The notes under the pieces are model-generated. The model was not told the DNA's origin. It was given only the letters and a program-made list of their open reading frames with translations, and did no database searches. A stretch of DNA of 64,000 bases from an uncultured Alphaproteobacteria bacterium (GTDB taxonomy: Bacteria; Pseudomonadota; Alphaproteobacteria; CAAHEQ01; UBA3637), in assembly GCA_947586835.1 (NCBI GenBank), contig CANPXT010000002.1, positions 23,009 to 87,008 on the forward strand, written 5' to 3'. The translations under genes and the position numbers were made by a program. The stretch's first letter is position 1. Every line of letters begins with the position of its first letter. Positions 29,365-40,432 of the stretch are shown here, piece after piece.

Positions 29365-29859
29365 TTATTCTCCTTTCAAAAATGATAATTTTTTACTTAA
29401 TACGGAACGAGCGTTAAATAACCGCGATTTAACCGTTCCAACCGAGATATGCAACCGTGCGGCTGTTTCCTCATAACTCATTTCTTCAAATTCATAATAA
29501 ATAATAACATCTCTCATTTTTTTAGGCAGTGAATCCACGGCTTTCAAGATAATCTTTTGTCTTGTTTTCATATCAACCGTTTCTTCGGCCGATTGCTCCG
29601 ATGCTGTTACATCAGGTACCGTATCCAACGGCGTTTGCAACACTTCTGATTTAAAGCCCGACGAGCGAAAATAATCGCGACATAAATTCACGGTTAAAGC
29701 CGATAACCACGCTTTAAACTTTCCCTCTTCATGATACAGATGACGATTCTCCCAACTTTTTAACAGAACTTCCTGTTCCAAATCTTCGTTGATGTGTCCC
29801 GTCATCTTTTGAATGATGGCTCTGATTCTTATAAGATTCTCTTTTTCCAGTGCTAACAT
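29365..29859 (-). CDS. ECF-type RNA polymerase sigma factor
   Basis: Region 2 (EVLLKSWEN...AWLSALTVNLCRDYFR) and region 4 HTH (MSYEETAARLHISVGTVKSRL). Confidence 0.85.
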   Translation of the reverse strand: MLALEKENLIRIRAIIQKMTGHINEDLEQEVLLKSWENRHLYHEEGKFKAWLSALTVNLCRDYFRSSGFKSEVLQTPLDTVPDVTASEQSAEETVDMKTRQKIILKAVDSLPKKMRDVIIYYEFEEMSYEETAARLHISVGTVKSRLFNARSVLSKKLSFLKGE

Positions 29860-30141
29860 TTATATAACCGCCACCAAACCGTAATCATCCAAAGGAATAT
29901 CATTTTCCCAATTGACGTTTCCGTATAAATAATCAGAATTTATCTCTTTCGGTTCATACAGAGCCGTATAAAGCGCCGTCATTTCATCCGTTTTCGAAAC
30001 AGATACATACGGCATAATGCTTAAATATGCAGCCGTCAGACAGGAACAAGCAACACCAATCGCGCGTAACCGTTGCCGTCTTTTTTTACGGACAAAGTAA
30101 AGCGGTTTTGCTTCTTTCAGTAATGAAGAAATATCCGTCAT
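29860..30141 (-). CDS. small single-pass membrane protein abutting the ECF sigma gene
   Basis: 93 aa. RKKRRQRLR followed by a TM helix. Its stop abuts the sigma ATG. GGAGGAG RBS. Confidence 0.45.
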   Translation of the reverse strand: MTDISSLLKEAKPLYFVRKKRRQRLRAIGVACSCLTAAYLSIMPYVSVSKTDEMTALYTALYEPKEINSDYLYGNVNWENDIPLDDYGLVAVI

Positions 30142-30240
30142 ATTTTTTTATCTCCTCCATTCATCAAAAACGCAATCTTTTTAAAAAAGTTCATTTTTTT
30201 TATCTTAACAGATTAAATTTGAAAAAACAAACAATTTAAA

Positions 30241-30269
30241 TTGACCCGATAAAAAAAATAAAATATGAT
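30241..30269 (+). promoter_or_regulatory. sigma70-like promoter (TTGACC-17-TATGAT) ending 6 nt before the helicase ATG
   Basis: Hexamers at 30241-30246 and 30264-30269. ATG at 30276 with no Shine-Dalgarno sequence. Confidence 0.4.
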
Positions 30270-30275
30270 AAAAAT

Positions 30276-31610
30276 ATGAAACAAAAACAGAAAACAACTT
30301 CTTTCGATAAAACCGTTTCTTTTCCGACGGATTTTGCCTTAAATTCAATACAGGCAGATTTATTTAACAAAATTGAATCCACACACAACAATTATTTTAT
30401 TCAAGGACAGGCGGGAACGGGTAAATCAACCTTTATTCGCTTTTTGCTTTCCCAATCGCAAAAACGCATTTTAATTGCCTGTCCGACAGCTTTGGCTGCA
30501 CTCCAAATCGGCGGCGTAACGCTGCATTCTTTGTTTCGATTACCGCTTAAAGATTTTTTTATTCTATCCGAATTGGAGCTGAAACGCAAAACGGCAACAG
30601 TTTTAAAAAAAACCGATATGCTCATTATTGACGAAGCTTCGATGATTCGTCCTGATGTGCTGGACAGCATTGATTTGCTTTGCAAACAGGCCCGTTTATG
30701 CAATTTACCTTTTGGCGGCATACAAATTATTCTTGTCGGCGATTTATGCCAATTACCGCCGGTAATTAAATCATCGACATATACCGTTTTCAAGGCTTTT
30801 TACGGGTTTAAAGAACCCTATTTTTTCGATGCGCCCGCTTTTAAGCAAGGTGCCTTTCAAACCGTTATTTTTTCAACCGTTTATCGACAAGAAGATTCCG
30901 CTCTGCTTTCACATTTGATTGATTTAAGGCATGATCAAAAAATTCAAAACGTATTACATTTTTTTAACGGCGCAAAGTTTGAAAACGATAAAGAAAAGAA
31001 AACCGCTGTAACCATTACCCCCTATAAAACAAGAGCCGAAGAAATCAATCAAACCCGTTTATCTGCTCTTTCGGGAGAAGAGCATATTTATGAAGCGAGT
31101 GTCAGCGGTTCATTTGAAAAATCGACGGAAACACCGGCACCGCGTCACCTTGTTTTAAAAGAAGGTGCGTTGGTTATATTTAACAAAAACAACCCTCCGC
31201 AGTGGATTAACGGCTCAACCGGTATTGTTATGCGAGCGGAAGAAAATTTAATATGGGTAAAGCTTCTTCACGATAAAAAACTTGTTTTAGTTAAGCCCGA
31301 AACTTGGGAAAGTTACGTTTATGACTATAACGCGCAAACCGATGAAGTGATTGAATCCGTCAGCGGCACATTTACGCAATTTCCCTTGCAACTCGGCTAT
31401 GCTTTAACCATTCACAAAGCGCAAGGGAAAACACTGGATAAAGTGATAATTGATATGCATCGCGGCGCTTTTGCTTCCGGACAATTATATGTGGCATTAA
31501 GTCGCACGCGAAAACTAAAAGATATGCACTTAACCCAAACAATTTATGCCGATGACGTGATTGTGGATAAGCGCGTCTTATCTTTTTTAAAAAGTCAGAC
31601 AAACCCCTAG
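30276..31610 (+). CDS. PIF1/RecD-like superfamily 1 helicase
   Basis: Walker A GQAGTGKST, Walker B IIDEASMI, VGDLCQLPPV and TIHKAQGKTLD motifs. Confidence 0.8.
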   Translation: MKQKQKTTSFDKTVSFPTDFALNSIQADLFNKIESTHNNYFIQGQAGTGKSTFIRFLLSQSQKRILIACPTALAALQIGGVTLHSLFRLPLKDFFILSELELKRKTATVLKKTDMLIIDEASMIRPDVLDSIDLLCKQARLCNLPFGGIQIILVGDLCQLPPVIKSSTYTVFKAFYGFKEPYFFDAPAFKQGAFQTVIFSTVYRQEDSALLSHLIDLRHDQKIQNVLHFFNGAKFENDKEKKTAVTITPYKTRAEEINQTRLSALSGEEHIYEASVSGSFEKSTETPAPRHLVLKEGALVIFNKNNPPQWINGSTGIVMRAEENLIWVKLLHDKKLVLVKPETWESYVYDYNAQTDEVIESVSGTFTQFPLQLGYALTIHKAQGKTLDKVIIDMHRGAFASGQLYVALSRTRKLKDMHLTQTIYADDVIVDKRVLSFLKSQTNP

Positions 31611-31677
31611 AAAAAACTTGCAATTTTTTATTTTTCAAGCTAAGTTGAAATCCATCTTTTCATAAAGGTTAAAAAAT

Positions 31678-32544
31678 ATGAATTTTATGCTTTCGGTTTT
31701 TCACACGATTGTTTCTATTACGCTTCAAACGGCGGAAGATGTTGTTTATTTAATTCCTTATTTTTTTCTGACCTATTTATTATTAGAATATTTAGAACAC
31801 AAAACACACTCAAAGATAAGAAAAATTATTCAAAAAACAAATCGTTTCGGACCTTTTTGGGGAGCTTTTGCCGGTCTTATGAGCGGATGTGGTTTTGCAT
31901 CGGTTGCCGCTAATTTTTATTTAACGCGCGTCATTACGTTCGGTACGCTCATCGCCATTTATCTGGCCTCTTCCGATGAAATGCTTCCGTTAATGATTTC
32001 GCAAGGTATTTCGGGAAAAATAATTGCACAAATTGTTGTTTTTAAAATTATTTTTTCCGTTTTTATCGGCTTTTTGATTGACTTTTATCATCATCGACAA
32101 AAACAATCTCTGACCTTTAAAGATCTGTGTAATCAGGCAAACTGTCACTGTCGGGAAAATACCGTGTTAAAATCAACACTGATTCACACGCTTCAATTAA
32201 CGGTTTTCGTTTTTTGTATTTGTTTTCTGTTTAATGCCGTTTTTCATTTCGTGCCCTTTGAACGCATGGCTCTGCTTTTTGCTTCGCATGAAACGAGTGC
32301 CGTTTTTATTGCAGCCCTTGTCGGCCTTATTCCCAACTGTGGTGTTTCGATCGCCTTAACACAACTTTACATTCAAGGTGTGCTGTCCGTCAGTCCTTTA
32401 ATTGCCGGATTACTGTCCGGTGGCGGTATCGGATTGATTGTTCTTTATAAACTCAAACCCGATGTGAAAGAATTGATTAAAATCGGCGGTATTTTATTTA
32501 TTTGCGGTGTAATCGGCGGACATATTGCCGGTTTATTGTTTTAA
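31678..32544 (+). CDS. polytopic membrane protein, possibly ArsP_2/DUF2899-like metal exporter
   Basis: About 8-10 TM helices. SSDEMLPL and IPNCGVSIALT motifs, recalled from that family only. Confidence 0.4.
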   Translation: MNFMLSVFHTIVSITLQTAEDVVYLIPYFFLTYLLLEYLEHKTHSKIRKIIQKTNRFGPFWGAFAGLMSGCGFASVAANFYLTRVITFGTLIAIYLASSDEMLPLMISQGISGKIIAQIVVFKIIFSVFIGFLIDFYHHRQKQSLTFKDLCNQANCHCRENTVLKSTLIHTLQLTVFVFCICFLFNAVFHFVPFERMALLFASHETSAVFIAALVGLIPNCGVSIALTQLYIQGVLSVSPLIAGLLSGGGIGLIVLYKLKPDVKELIKIGGILFICGVIGGHIAGLLF

Positions 32545-32558
32545 ACGAAACGGTTATG

Positions 32559-34355
32559 TCAAACAGCACGCGCCATAAACAGCGTTCCCGCCGCATATGT
32601 TTCGCCGACACCTTCTTTACGCAAGGCTAATTCTTTTGTTTGAACTACTTGAAAATTATTTTCTTTCATAAGCTTTTCAACAGCTTTCGGCGCATATAAA
32701 TAACGCCCGCGTTCCGAAAGTTCATTCTTTGCAGTTGTTGTATTTTCAATGCTGAAAATAAACAGACCGTTTGTTGTCATCCGCTCCCGCACCAAAGAAA
32801 TAAAGTTTTCCAATGATGGTAAATATCCCGATAACTCAACGGCAATAATATAATGATATTTCAAAGTATCTGTTTTTAAAAACGCCGTCACCTCTTTTTC
32901 CGTCAGCTGCGAATAAACATTTTTTTGTTCGGCTTTTTGAAGCATTTCTTTTGAAAAATCAACACCGATGAGTTTTTCAAACGGCTTGGAAAGTCCCGCA
33001 CCGAATAATCCCGTTCCGCATCCTAAATCTAAAACATATCCCAAACATTCATCGGGCAATGTTTTAAAATAATCCAGCACTTCATTTAAGGCGGTAGCTT
33101 TTAAGTCTTTCATTTTTTCTTCATAAGTATCGGCAAAAACTTCATACAGCGCTTTGGCATAAGCAGCTGCGGTTTCGTCATCTTCCGATTGATGCGTTAA
33201 AGCCTTTAAGGTATGCTTGGCAACAATGCTGTTCGGAAAATGTTTTACCCACCCTTTGGCAAAACGAATTGCTTCTTTTTGTGCCTCTTTGTTCTGCTCA
33301 TACAGAGCCGCCAATGTTGATTCGATACGAAACTCAAGCGCTTTCGGTTGCGCTTTTAAAGCTAAAATATTAAAATAAAGACCGGCGGCTTCTTCATAAT
33401 CACCCGTTTCTTCAAGCACCATTGCCAAATTATATAAAGAAGGAATATGTGTTTTATCAATTAACAATGCTTCGCGATAATGTTCCAATCCTTCAGCCTT
33501 TCTCCCTTGAGCACAAAGAGCAACTGCCAAATTATGATGCGCATTTAAAAAAGATTCATCCAATGCCAGTGCTTTTTTATAATAATCTTCCGCCAAACGA
33601 TATTTTTTTTGTCGCAAACAAAGATTTCCCAAATTGGCAAAACTGTCCGGCGCATATTGATTGACCTGAACAGCCGTTTCATATGCTTCCTCGGCTCCTG
33701 TTAAATCATTTAATTTTTCAAGTATCAGCCCTTTTTCGTTATAAAATGCTGCCGGTTGTTCTTTTGTTAAAGCTAAATTAATATAGTGCAAGGCTTTTTT
33801 CTCATTTTGACACAAGCGATTTTGAACACTTAACTGATAATCCAATTCGGCACTGTTTCCCGCTTCTTGCGCTTTTTCCAATTGATCCAAAGCCTCGGTA
33901 TGCCGTCCTTCTTTTCTGAGTACCAACGCCTGCCCGATGAAAGCCGATAAGCAGGACGGATCAAGCGTCCTTGCCTTTTGAAAAGCGCTTAATGCAAAAT
34001 CATTTTGTCCTTTTTGTAAATAAATATACCCTTCTTGTGCAACAGCGGCGGCATTTTGCGGATATTTCGAATAAAAGGATAATGCTTCATCCAACCGTCC
34101 TTCTTTTTGCAAGATACTGCCTAATGCCAAAGCATAATTTTCCTGTTGCGGATATAATTTGATGGCATCATACAATAATTTTTCCGCCGGTTCCAAAGCT
34201 CCTGCCCGATAAGCAATGAGTCCCAACAGATAAAGCGCATCACCGTTTGTCGGTGTAACGGTTAAAACTTCACGCGCTAATTCTTCCGCCATTTCAAAGC
34301 AGTGATTATTATAAGCTTCAAAAGCCGTATTTAAAGAATTTTCCAAATCATTCAT
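32559..34355 (-). CDS. TPR-repeat protein with C-terminal class I SAM-dependent methyltransferase domain
   Basis: Many TPR-like A..Y..AL repeats, then the VLDLGCGTGLFG SAM-binding motif. Confidence 0.7.
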   Translation of the reverse strand: MNDLENSLNTAFEAYNNHCFEMAEELAREVLTVTPTNGDALYLLGLIAYRAGALEPAEKLLYDAIKLYPQQENYALALGSILQKEGRLDEALSFYSKYPQNAAAVAQEGYIYLQKGQNDFALSAFQKARTLDPSCLSAFIGQALVLRKEGRHTEALDQLEKAQEAGNSAELDYQLSVQNRLCQNEKKALHYINLALTKEQPAAFYNEKGLILEKLNDLTGAEEAYETAVQVNQYAPDSFANLGNLCLRQKKYRLAEDYYKKALALDESFLNAHHNLAVALCAQGRKAEGLEHYREALLIDKTHIPSLYNLAMVLEETGDYEEAAGLYFNILALKAQPKALEFRIESTLAALYEQNKEAQKEAIRFAKGWVKHFPNSIVAKHTLKALTHQSEDDETAAAYAKALYEVFADTYEEKMKDLKATALNEVLDYFKTLPDECLGYVLDLGCGTGLFGAGLSKPFEKLIGVDFSKEMLQKAEQKNVYSQLTEKEVTAFLKTDTLKYHYIIAVELSGYLPSLENFISLVRERMTTNGLFIFSIENTTTAKNELSERGRYLYAPKAVEKLMKENNFQVVQTKELALRKEGVGETYAAGTLFMARAV

Positions 34356-35527
34356 CTTTTCCCCAATTCATCATCAATTGATCCCGTTCGTCCGATAACC
34401 ATTTCACGATTAATATCAACCGCTTCAATCAACCCGAAGCCGATAAATAATGTTAACATGGCCGTTCCGCCGTAAGAAATCAAGGGCAACGGAACACCGA
34501 CTACCGGTAACAAACCCGAAACCATTCCGATATTAATAAATACATACAAGGCAAAATTAACCGTTAACCCTATCGCCAGCAATTTACCGAAAAAGTTATG
34601 GCTTCTCGAAGCAATCAAAAATCCGTAAACAATAATGCCGAAAAATAAAGCTATCAATGTACAAGAGCCTAAAAACCCGAATTCTTCCGAAAACAAGGTA
34701 AAGATAAAATCCGTTTGCTTTTCAGGTAAGAAACTTAATCGGCTTTGCGTGCTTTCCATAAAACCTTTGCCGAACAAACCGCCCGACCCTAACGTAATTT
34801 TAGATTGAATGATATGGTATCCCGCGCCGAGCGGATCGCTTTCGGGATTTAAAAACGTTAATACCCGTTGTTTTTGATAATCATGCATAAAAAACCACAT
34901 AATCGGCATAGAAATACCGCCCAATACAAACACCAACAAAAACTTCCACAGTTGAACACCCGCAACAAACAACAAAGCACCCGTTACAAAAACCAACATC
35001 AGCGCCGTCCCCAAATCTGGTTGCGCAATAATGAGTAAAACCGGAAAAATCATTAATAACACAGGCGGTGCAATGTGTTGCCACGAGCGAATATCCGCCG
35101 GGGACGAGCCATGAAAATATCGCGCCAACACAATCACAAGAGCAATTTTCATCACTTCCGACGGTTGTACGTTCATAATGCCCAAATTTAACCATCGTTG
35201 CGCCCCCATACCGACATGTCCGAAAAGAGAAACACCGATTAAAAGCAAAATACCGAAAGCGTAAATCCAATAGGCATATCTCATCCAAAATCTTAAATTA
35301 ATTAAAGAAACAAGATAAAAAAGAACAAAACTCAATAAAAAGCGCATAAATTGCTTACTCGCCCACGGCGAAAAATGACCGTTTCCGGCAGAATATAAAA
35401 CACCGATACCGATAAACACAACCAGACATATCAAAGCGGCGTATCGATAATTAAATTTCTTCATCTTATCCGTTAAAGACAGATTGTAATTTTTTAAATA
35501 ACAGTTGCGTTCTTTGAAAAAAGACAT
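34352..35527 (-). CDS. rodA: peptidoglycan glycosyltransferase RodA (SEDS family)
   Basis: SEVMK, PDLGTAL, TDFIF and GVPLPLISYGG motifs. ATG at 35527 is 1 nt after the mrdA stop. Confidence 0.9.
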   Translation of the reverse strand: MSFFKERNCYLKNYNLSLTDKMKKFNYRYAALICLVVFIGIGVLYSAGNGHFSPWASKQFMRFLLSFVLFYLVSLINLRFWMRYAYWIYAFGILLLIGVSLFGHVGMGAQRWLNLGIMNVQPSEVMKIALVIVLARYFHGSSPADIRSWQHIAPPVLLMIFPVLLIIAQPDLGTALMLVFVTGALLFVAGVQLWKFLLVFVLGGISMPIMWFFMHDYQKQRVLTFLNPESDPLGAGYHIIQSKITLGSGGLFGKGFMESTQSRLSFLPEKQTDFIFTLFSEEFGFLGSCTLIALFFGIIVYGFLIASRSHNFFGKLLAIGLTVNFALYVFINIGMVSGLLPVVGVPLPLISYGGTAMLTLFIGFGLIEAVDINREMVIGRTGSIDDELGKR

Positions 35528-35528
35528 T

Positions 35529-37421
35529 TTATTTTGCCACCCCCGATTGTCGTACCAAAGCCGATATAAAAGCTTCTTCATTTTTTTGATCATACGAATC
35601 GGCGGGATATAATCGGAGTGTTTCCTGCAAAACCGCTGAAGCAATCGGTGCCGCTTTTTTAGCTCCCCCGCCTCCGTGTTCCACGACCGCAATCACGGCA
35701 AAACGCGGATTATCCGTCGGTGCGAATGCTGCAAACATGGCATGATCGCGATATTTCCACGGCAATTTATCTTGCGAAATCACGCCGCTCTTTCGTTCTT
35801 TCATGGTAATGCGCCGAACCTGTGTACTGGCCGTTTTACCTGCCATTTTTTGTCCGTTTAAATCAAACCGCGCTTTATAACCCGTACCACCCACGCGATT
35901 GACGACCATATCCATGCCCGAACGCACCAAATCCAAATGCTCTTTCTTAAATAAAGGTCGTTTCAGAGGTATAAGATCCGATCCTTCCGAAATTAACAAC
36001 CGCGGATTAAATCTATATCCGCCGTTGGCAATCACGGCTACGGCATAAACCAACTGTAACGGTGTGGCATTTAAATATCCCTGCCCGATGCTTAAATTTA
36101 ACGTATCGCCGATTCGCCAATTTTCTTTTTGTGTCTGCCGTTTCCACTCTTTGGAAGGCAATAAACCTTCTTTTTCACCGGTTAAACCGATATTTATTTT
36201 TTCCCCGAACCCGAGACTCTGCGCAACGGAAAGTATTTTATCGGCACCGATTTCCTGCGCCAGCTGATAAAAATAAACATCGCAGGAATGCATTAAAGCT
36301 TCTTCCAACGTTAAAGCACCGTGACCGGTGTGTTTCCAACAGTGAAAATATTGTTGTCCGATTTGAATGCGTCCCGGACAGTAAACAGTTCTCTCTTTTG
36401 TAATATATCCGTATTCCAAACCGGCAAGCGCCACAACCAACTTAAAAATGGAACCCGGCGAATAAACACCGTTAATTGCCTTGTTTTGCAGCGGATTTTT
36501 TTCATTCCGAATAAGTTCGTTCCAAACTTTTTTCGAAATGGGCGCCGTAAAAATATTGGCATCGAAAGCAGGCGTCGAAACAAGTGCCAAAATATCGCCC
36601 GTATAAATATCCAAAACAATAACCGAACCGCTTTCATCTCCCAACGCCTCAAATGCTGCTTTTTGCAAACGAGAATCAATGGTCAGCGTAATATTACTCC
36701 CCCTGAGTGCGTCATGTTCTTCCAATACGCGAACGGAACGCCCGTATGCATTTATTTCCGTCTTACGAATACCCGGTCGACCGCGCAACAACGATTCATA
36801 TCTTTCTTCCGCACCAATACGTCCGATTCGATATCCGGGGACATCTAACAAACCGGCATCCCATTCGTTTTGAATGTCTTTTTCCGTCATTAAAGAAACA
36901 TATCCCACCACATGTGCCGTCAACTCTTTGAGCGGATATATCCGACTCACTTCTTCTTCAATTTGAATCCCGCGCAAATCAGGTGCGTTTAATTGAATGA
37001 GTGCCACTTCATCAAACGTTAAACCGTTTTTAATACGTACCGGCATAAAAGCGCGTTTTTGCTTAATCTCTTTTTGAATGCGTTCTAACTCTTCTTCATC
37101 TAACGGCAACAATTTTTGAATATTTTGAAGTGTTTTTTGATAATCTTTTGTCTCTTCACGAATTAAAACCGCTTGAAACGATGTTTTATTTTCGGCAAGC
37201 TTTACACCGTTTCTGTCATAAATATATCCCCGTTTCGGTGCCGTCAAGCGAACAGATATTCTGTTTTTATCCGCCATTTTTAAATACAAATCACCGCAAA
37301 TAATTTGCAAATAAAACAATCGGCCAATTAACACAAACCCCAACAGAAAAAAAATACCCGTTAACCAGAGGAGGCGATTGCTTAATACGCGTTCTTTTTC
37401 ATACTTCCACGGCGAGCTCAT
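35529..37421 (-). CDS. mrdA: penicillin-binding protein 2 (elongasome transpeptidase)
   Basis: SPGSIFK (SxxK), SCD-type (HSCDVYF) and KTAST (KTG-like) motifs. ATG at 37421 forms an ATGA overlap with mreD. Confidence 0.9.
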   Translation of the reverse strand: MSSPWKYEKERVLSNRLLWLTGIFFLLGFVLIGRLFYLQIICGDLYLKMADKNRISVRLTAPKRGYIYDRNGVKLAENKTSFQAVLIREETKDYQKTLQNIQKLLPLDEEELERIQKEIKQKRAFMPVRIKNGLTFDEVALIQLNAPDLRGIQIEEEVSRIYPLKELTAHVVGYVSLMTEKDIQNEWDAGLLDVPGYRIGRIGAEERYESLLRGRPGIRKTEINAYGRSVRVLEEHDALRGSNITLTIDSRLQKAAFEALGDESGSVIVLDIYTGDILALVSTPAFDANIFTAPISKKVWNELIRNEKNPLQNKAINGVYSPGSIFKLVVALAGLEYGYITKERTVYCPGRIQIGQQYFHCWKHTGHGALTLEEALMHSCDVYFYQLAQEIGADKILSVAQSLGFGEKINIGLTGEKEGLLPSKEWKRQTQKENWRIGDTLNLSIGQGYLNATPLQLVYAVAVIANGGYRFNPRLLISEGSDLIPLKRPLFKKEHLDLVRSGMDMVVNRVGGTGYKARFDLNGQKMAGKTASTQVRRITMKERKSGVISQDKLPWKYRDHAMFAAFAPTDNPRFAVIAVVEHGGGGAKKAAPIASAVLQETLRLYPADSYDQKNEEAFISALVRQSGVAK

Positions 37422-37924
37422 ATCCACTGCCCCATTTTTTTATTCAGCCATCCGCAAAGAGTGGCAATAAACGGATACAACAACAAAAGGCTGACATATT
37501 CTCCCGTCAGGTACAACAGATGCGGAACCGAACCGATAGAAATTTTTAAAAACAGCACACCGAACAAATAAATCACCGTCCCCGTTAAGGAAAAAAACAG
37601 CCACTGTCGTCCGAAAGGTGCCTGCTGCAAATAACGCCGATTAAATTGTGCAACAAAAAAAACAAAGCAAAAAATAAAGGAAGAAAATCCGATCGGAAAA
37701 ACAAGAATCGTATCTGTTAAAAGCCCCAGCAGGAAAAGAAGAATACTGTTAAATGCCGTATTTTGAAAAACAGTGAAACAAAAAATAAATCCCAAAGCGT
37801 TGGTAATAAAAGATTGTGAAAATCCAAAAAAACGAATGCAAAAATTATCAATTAATAAAATCAAACAGACGCAAAAAAGCGGAATTAGTTGAATTAAAAA
37901 GGGTTTTAAACGATTTTTAATCAT
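37418..37924 (-). CDS. mreD: rod shape-determining protein MreD
   Basis: Small polytopic membrane protein between mreC and mrdA. ATGA overlap with the mreC stop. Confidence 0.75.
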   Translation of the reverse strand: MIKNRLKPFLIQLIPLFCVCLILLIDNFCIRFFGFSQSFITNALGFIFCFTVFQNTAFNSILLFLLGLLTDTILVFPIGFSSFIFCFVFFVAQFNRRYLQQAPFGRQWLFFSLTGTVIYLFGVLFLKISIGSVPHLLYLTGEYVSLLLLYPFIATLCGWLNKKMGQWI

Positions 37925-38781
37925 TGTGCCGACTCCGATGTACATGAATCGGGCAATAAGACCGTTGAACCGTAATCAATAACGCGAACAAACTCCAAAT
38001 TATCGTTTTTTTCAAATAAATCAACCGTAATTTCACCATCTTGCACGGTTTTGATCACTCCGACGGGAATACCGGACGGATAAACACCGGCCGTTCCCGA
38101 TGTCATGACATAATCACCGGGACGAACCGTTGCTTCTTCCGACAACGCCGTTATGTGCGGATAACGCGAATTATCACCGCTCATAATGGCAGAATATCGC
38201 TGTTCTCCGACATATACCGGCAACCGTGCATAATAATCGGTTACTTTTAACGCACGTGCCGTTGAAGCGGCAACACTTTGAACAATACCGTACAATCCCT
38301 CTTGGGAAACCAGTACATTGCCTTTTTTTAATCCGATGTCACGACCGCCCTTAATAATAACCGACTGTGAAAACGGACTATTATAATCAATCAACAGGCG
38401 CACGACATATTCTTTTGTCTGCACAACCTGTCGATAATTTAACAGCTTACTTAACTCCTGTTTTTCAAACGATAATTTTAACGCCGTTCGTTGCCATGAT
38501 TTTAAGACTTCATTCTCGGCTTTTAAACGTTTATTTTCTTCATAAACATTTAAATACGCATTCAGATTTTCATTTGTTTTTTTCAAATATTGAACAGGGT
38601 AAGAAGCAACGCGCGTAAGCGGCGTAAAAAAAAGCAAAATACTGTCACGAACACCGGAAAATGTCGACAGATTTAAAGCAGCACAAAACAATAAAACAAG
38701 TCCGATTAAAATAAACGGCAATGCTACCAACTTTTTAAGCTGTTTTTTCAGCCGCTGCAATCGGAAAAACTTGTTTATCAT
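37921..38781 (-). CDS. mreC: rod shape-determining protein MreC
   Basis: N-terminal TM, coiled coil (ENKRLKAENEVLK), then beta-rich domains with TSGTAGVYPSGIPVG. Confidence 0.85.
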   Translation of the reverse strand: MINKFFRLQRLKKQLKKLVALPFILIGLVLLFCAALNLSTFSGVRDSILLFFTPLTRVASYPVQYLKKTNENLNAYLNVYEENKRLKAENEVLKSWQRTALKLSFEKQELSKLLNYRQVVQTKEYVVRLLIDYNSPFSQSVIIKGGRDIGLKKGNVLVSQEGLYGIVQSVAASTARALKVTDYYARLPVYVGEQRYSAIMSGDNSRYPHITALSEEATVRPGDYVMTSGTAGVYPSGIPVGVIKTVQDGEITVDLFEKNDNLEFVRVIDYGSTVLLPDSCTSESAQ

Positions 38782-38793
38782 TTGTCATTCGGC

Positions 38794-39900
<1,107 letters not shown>

Positions 39901-40035
39901 TCATACACGAAATTCAAAAAAAATACAACCTTTTTTTAACAAAATATTAACTTTTTTCCAAATAAAAAAGGAAAAGGCTTTCAAAACCTCTCTTTTTAAA
40001 AAAAGAGCCTTATTTTATGTTACGGAGTACAAAAA

Positions 40036-40425
40036 TTATATTCCCATCATTAATTTAATATCATCGGATAAGCGATCCAGCGTCCACGGCGGATTAAACG
40101 TTAATTCAACGGTAACTTTGCCGACACCTTGCACTGATGAAACCGCATTGGCTACCATTGACGGCATATCCCCGGCAATCGGGCATGTGGGCGACGTTAA
40201 CGTCATAATAATTTTCACATCGCCGTTTTCTGATTGAATAATATCATAAATTAAGCCCAACTCATAAATATCAAACATCAATTCCGGATCCTGCACGGCA
40301 CGTAACGCACCGACAATTGCTTCTTTATCGGCTTTTTGAATACCTTCGGGCAACGATTCGCCGACAGTGGCCGTTAACGGCGGTAATTCCGATTCCGGCA
40401 AAAGAGACACATCATCTTGTTCCAT
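40036..40425 (-). CDS. sufT: DUF59 Fe-S assembly protein (SufT-like)
   Basis: VQDPELMFDIYELGLIYD and TLTSPTCP motifs. Last gene of the suf cluster. Confidence 0.7.
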   Translation of the reverse strand: MEQDDVSLLPESELPPLTATVGESLPEGIQKADKEAIVGALRAVQDPELMFDIYELGLIYDIIQSENGDVKIIMTLTSPTCPIAGDMPSMVANAVSSVQGVGKVTVELTFNPPWTLDRLSDDIKLMMGI

Positions 40426-40432
40426 TTTTTCC

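Noticed and set aside
36321-36848. Long antisense ORFs inside mrdA (36321..36848), mreB (39377..39763), the flavodoxin/DUF362 region (23325..23750) and dnaE (17964..18529).
   Set aside because: Each lies fully within a well-supported gene on the other strand. They lack an RBS and have odd composition.
39960-40012. A/T-rich palindrome CTCTTTTTAAAAAAAGAG with flanking AAGGCT/AGCCTT, after sufT.
   Set aside because: The stem is almost entirely A-T with a large loop, too weak to call a terminator with confidence.
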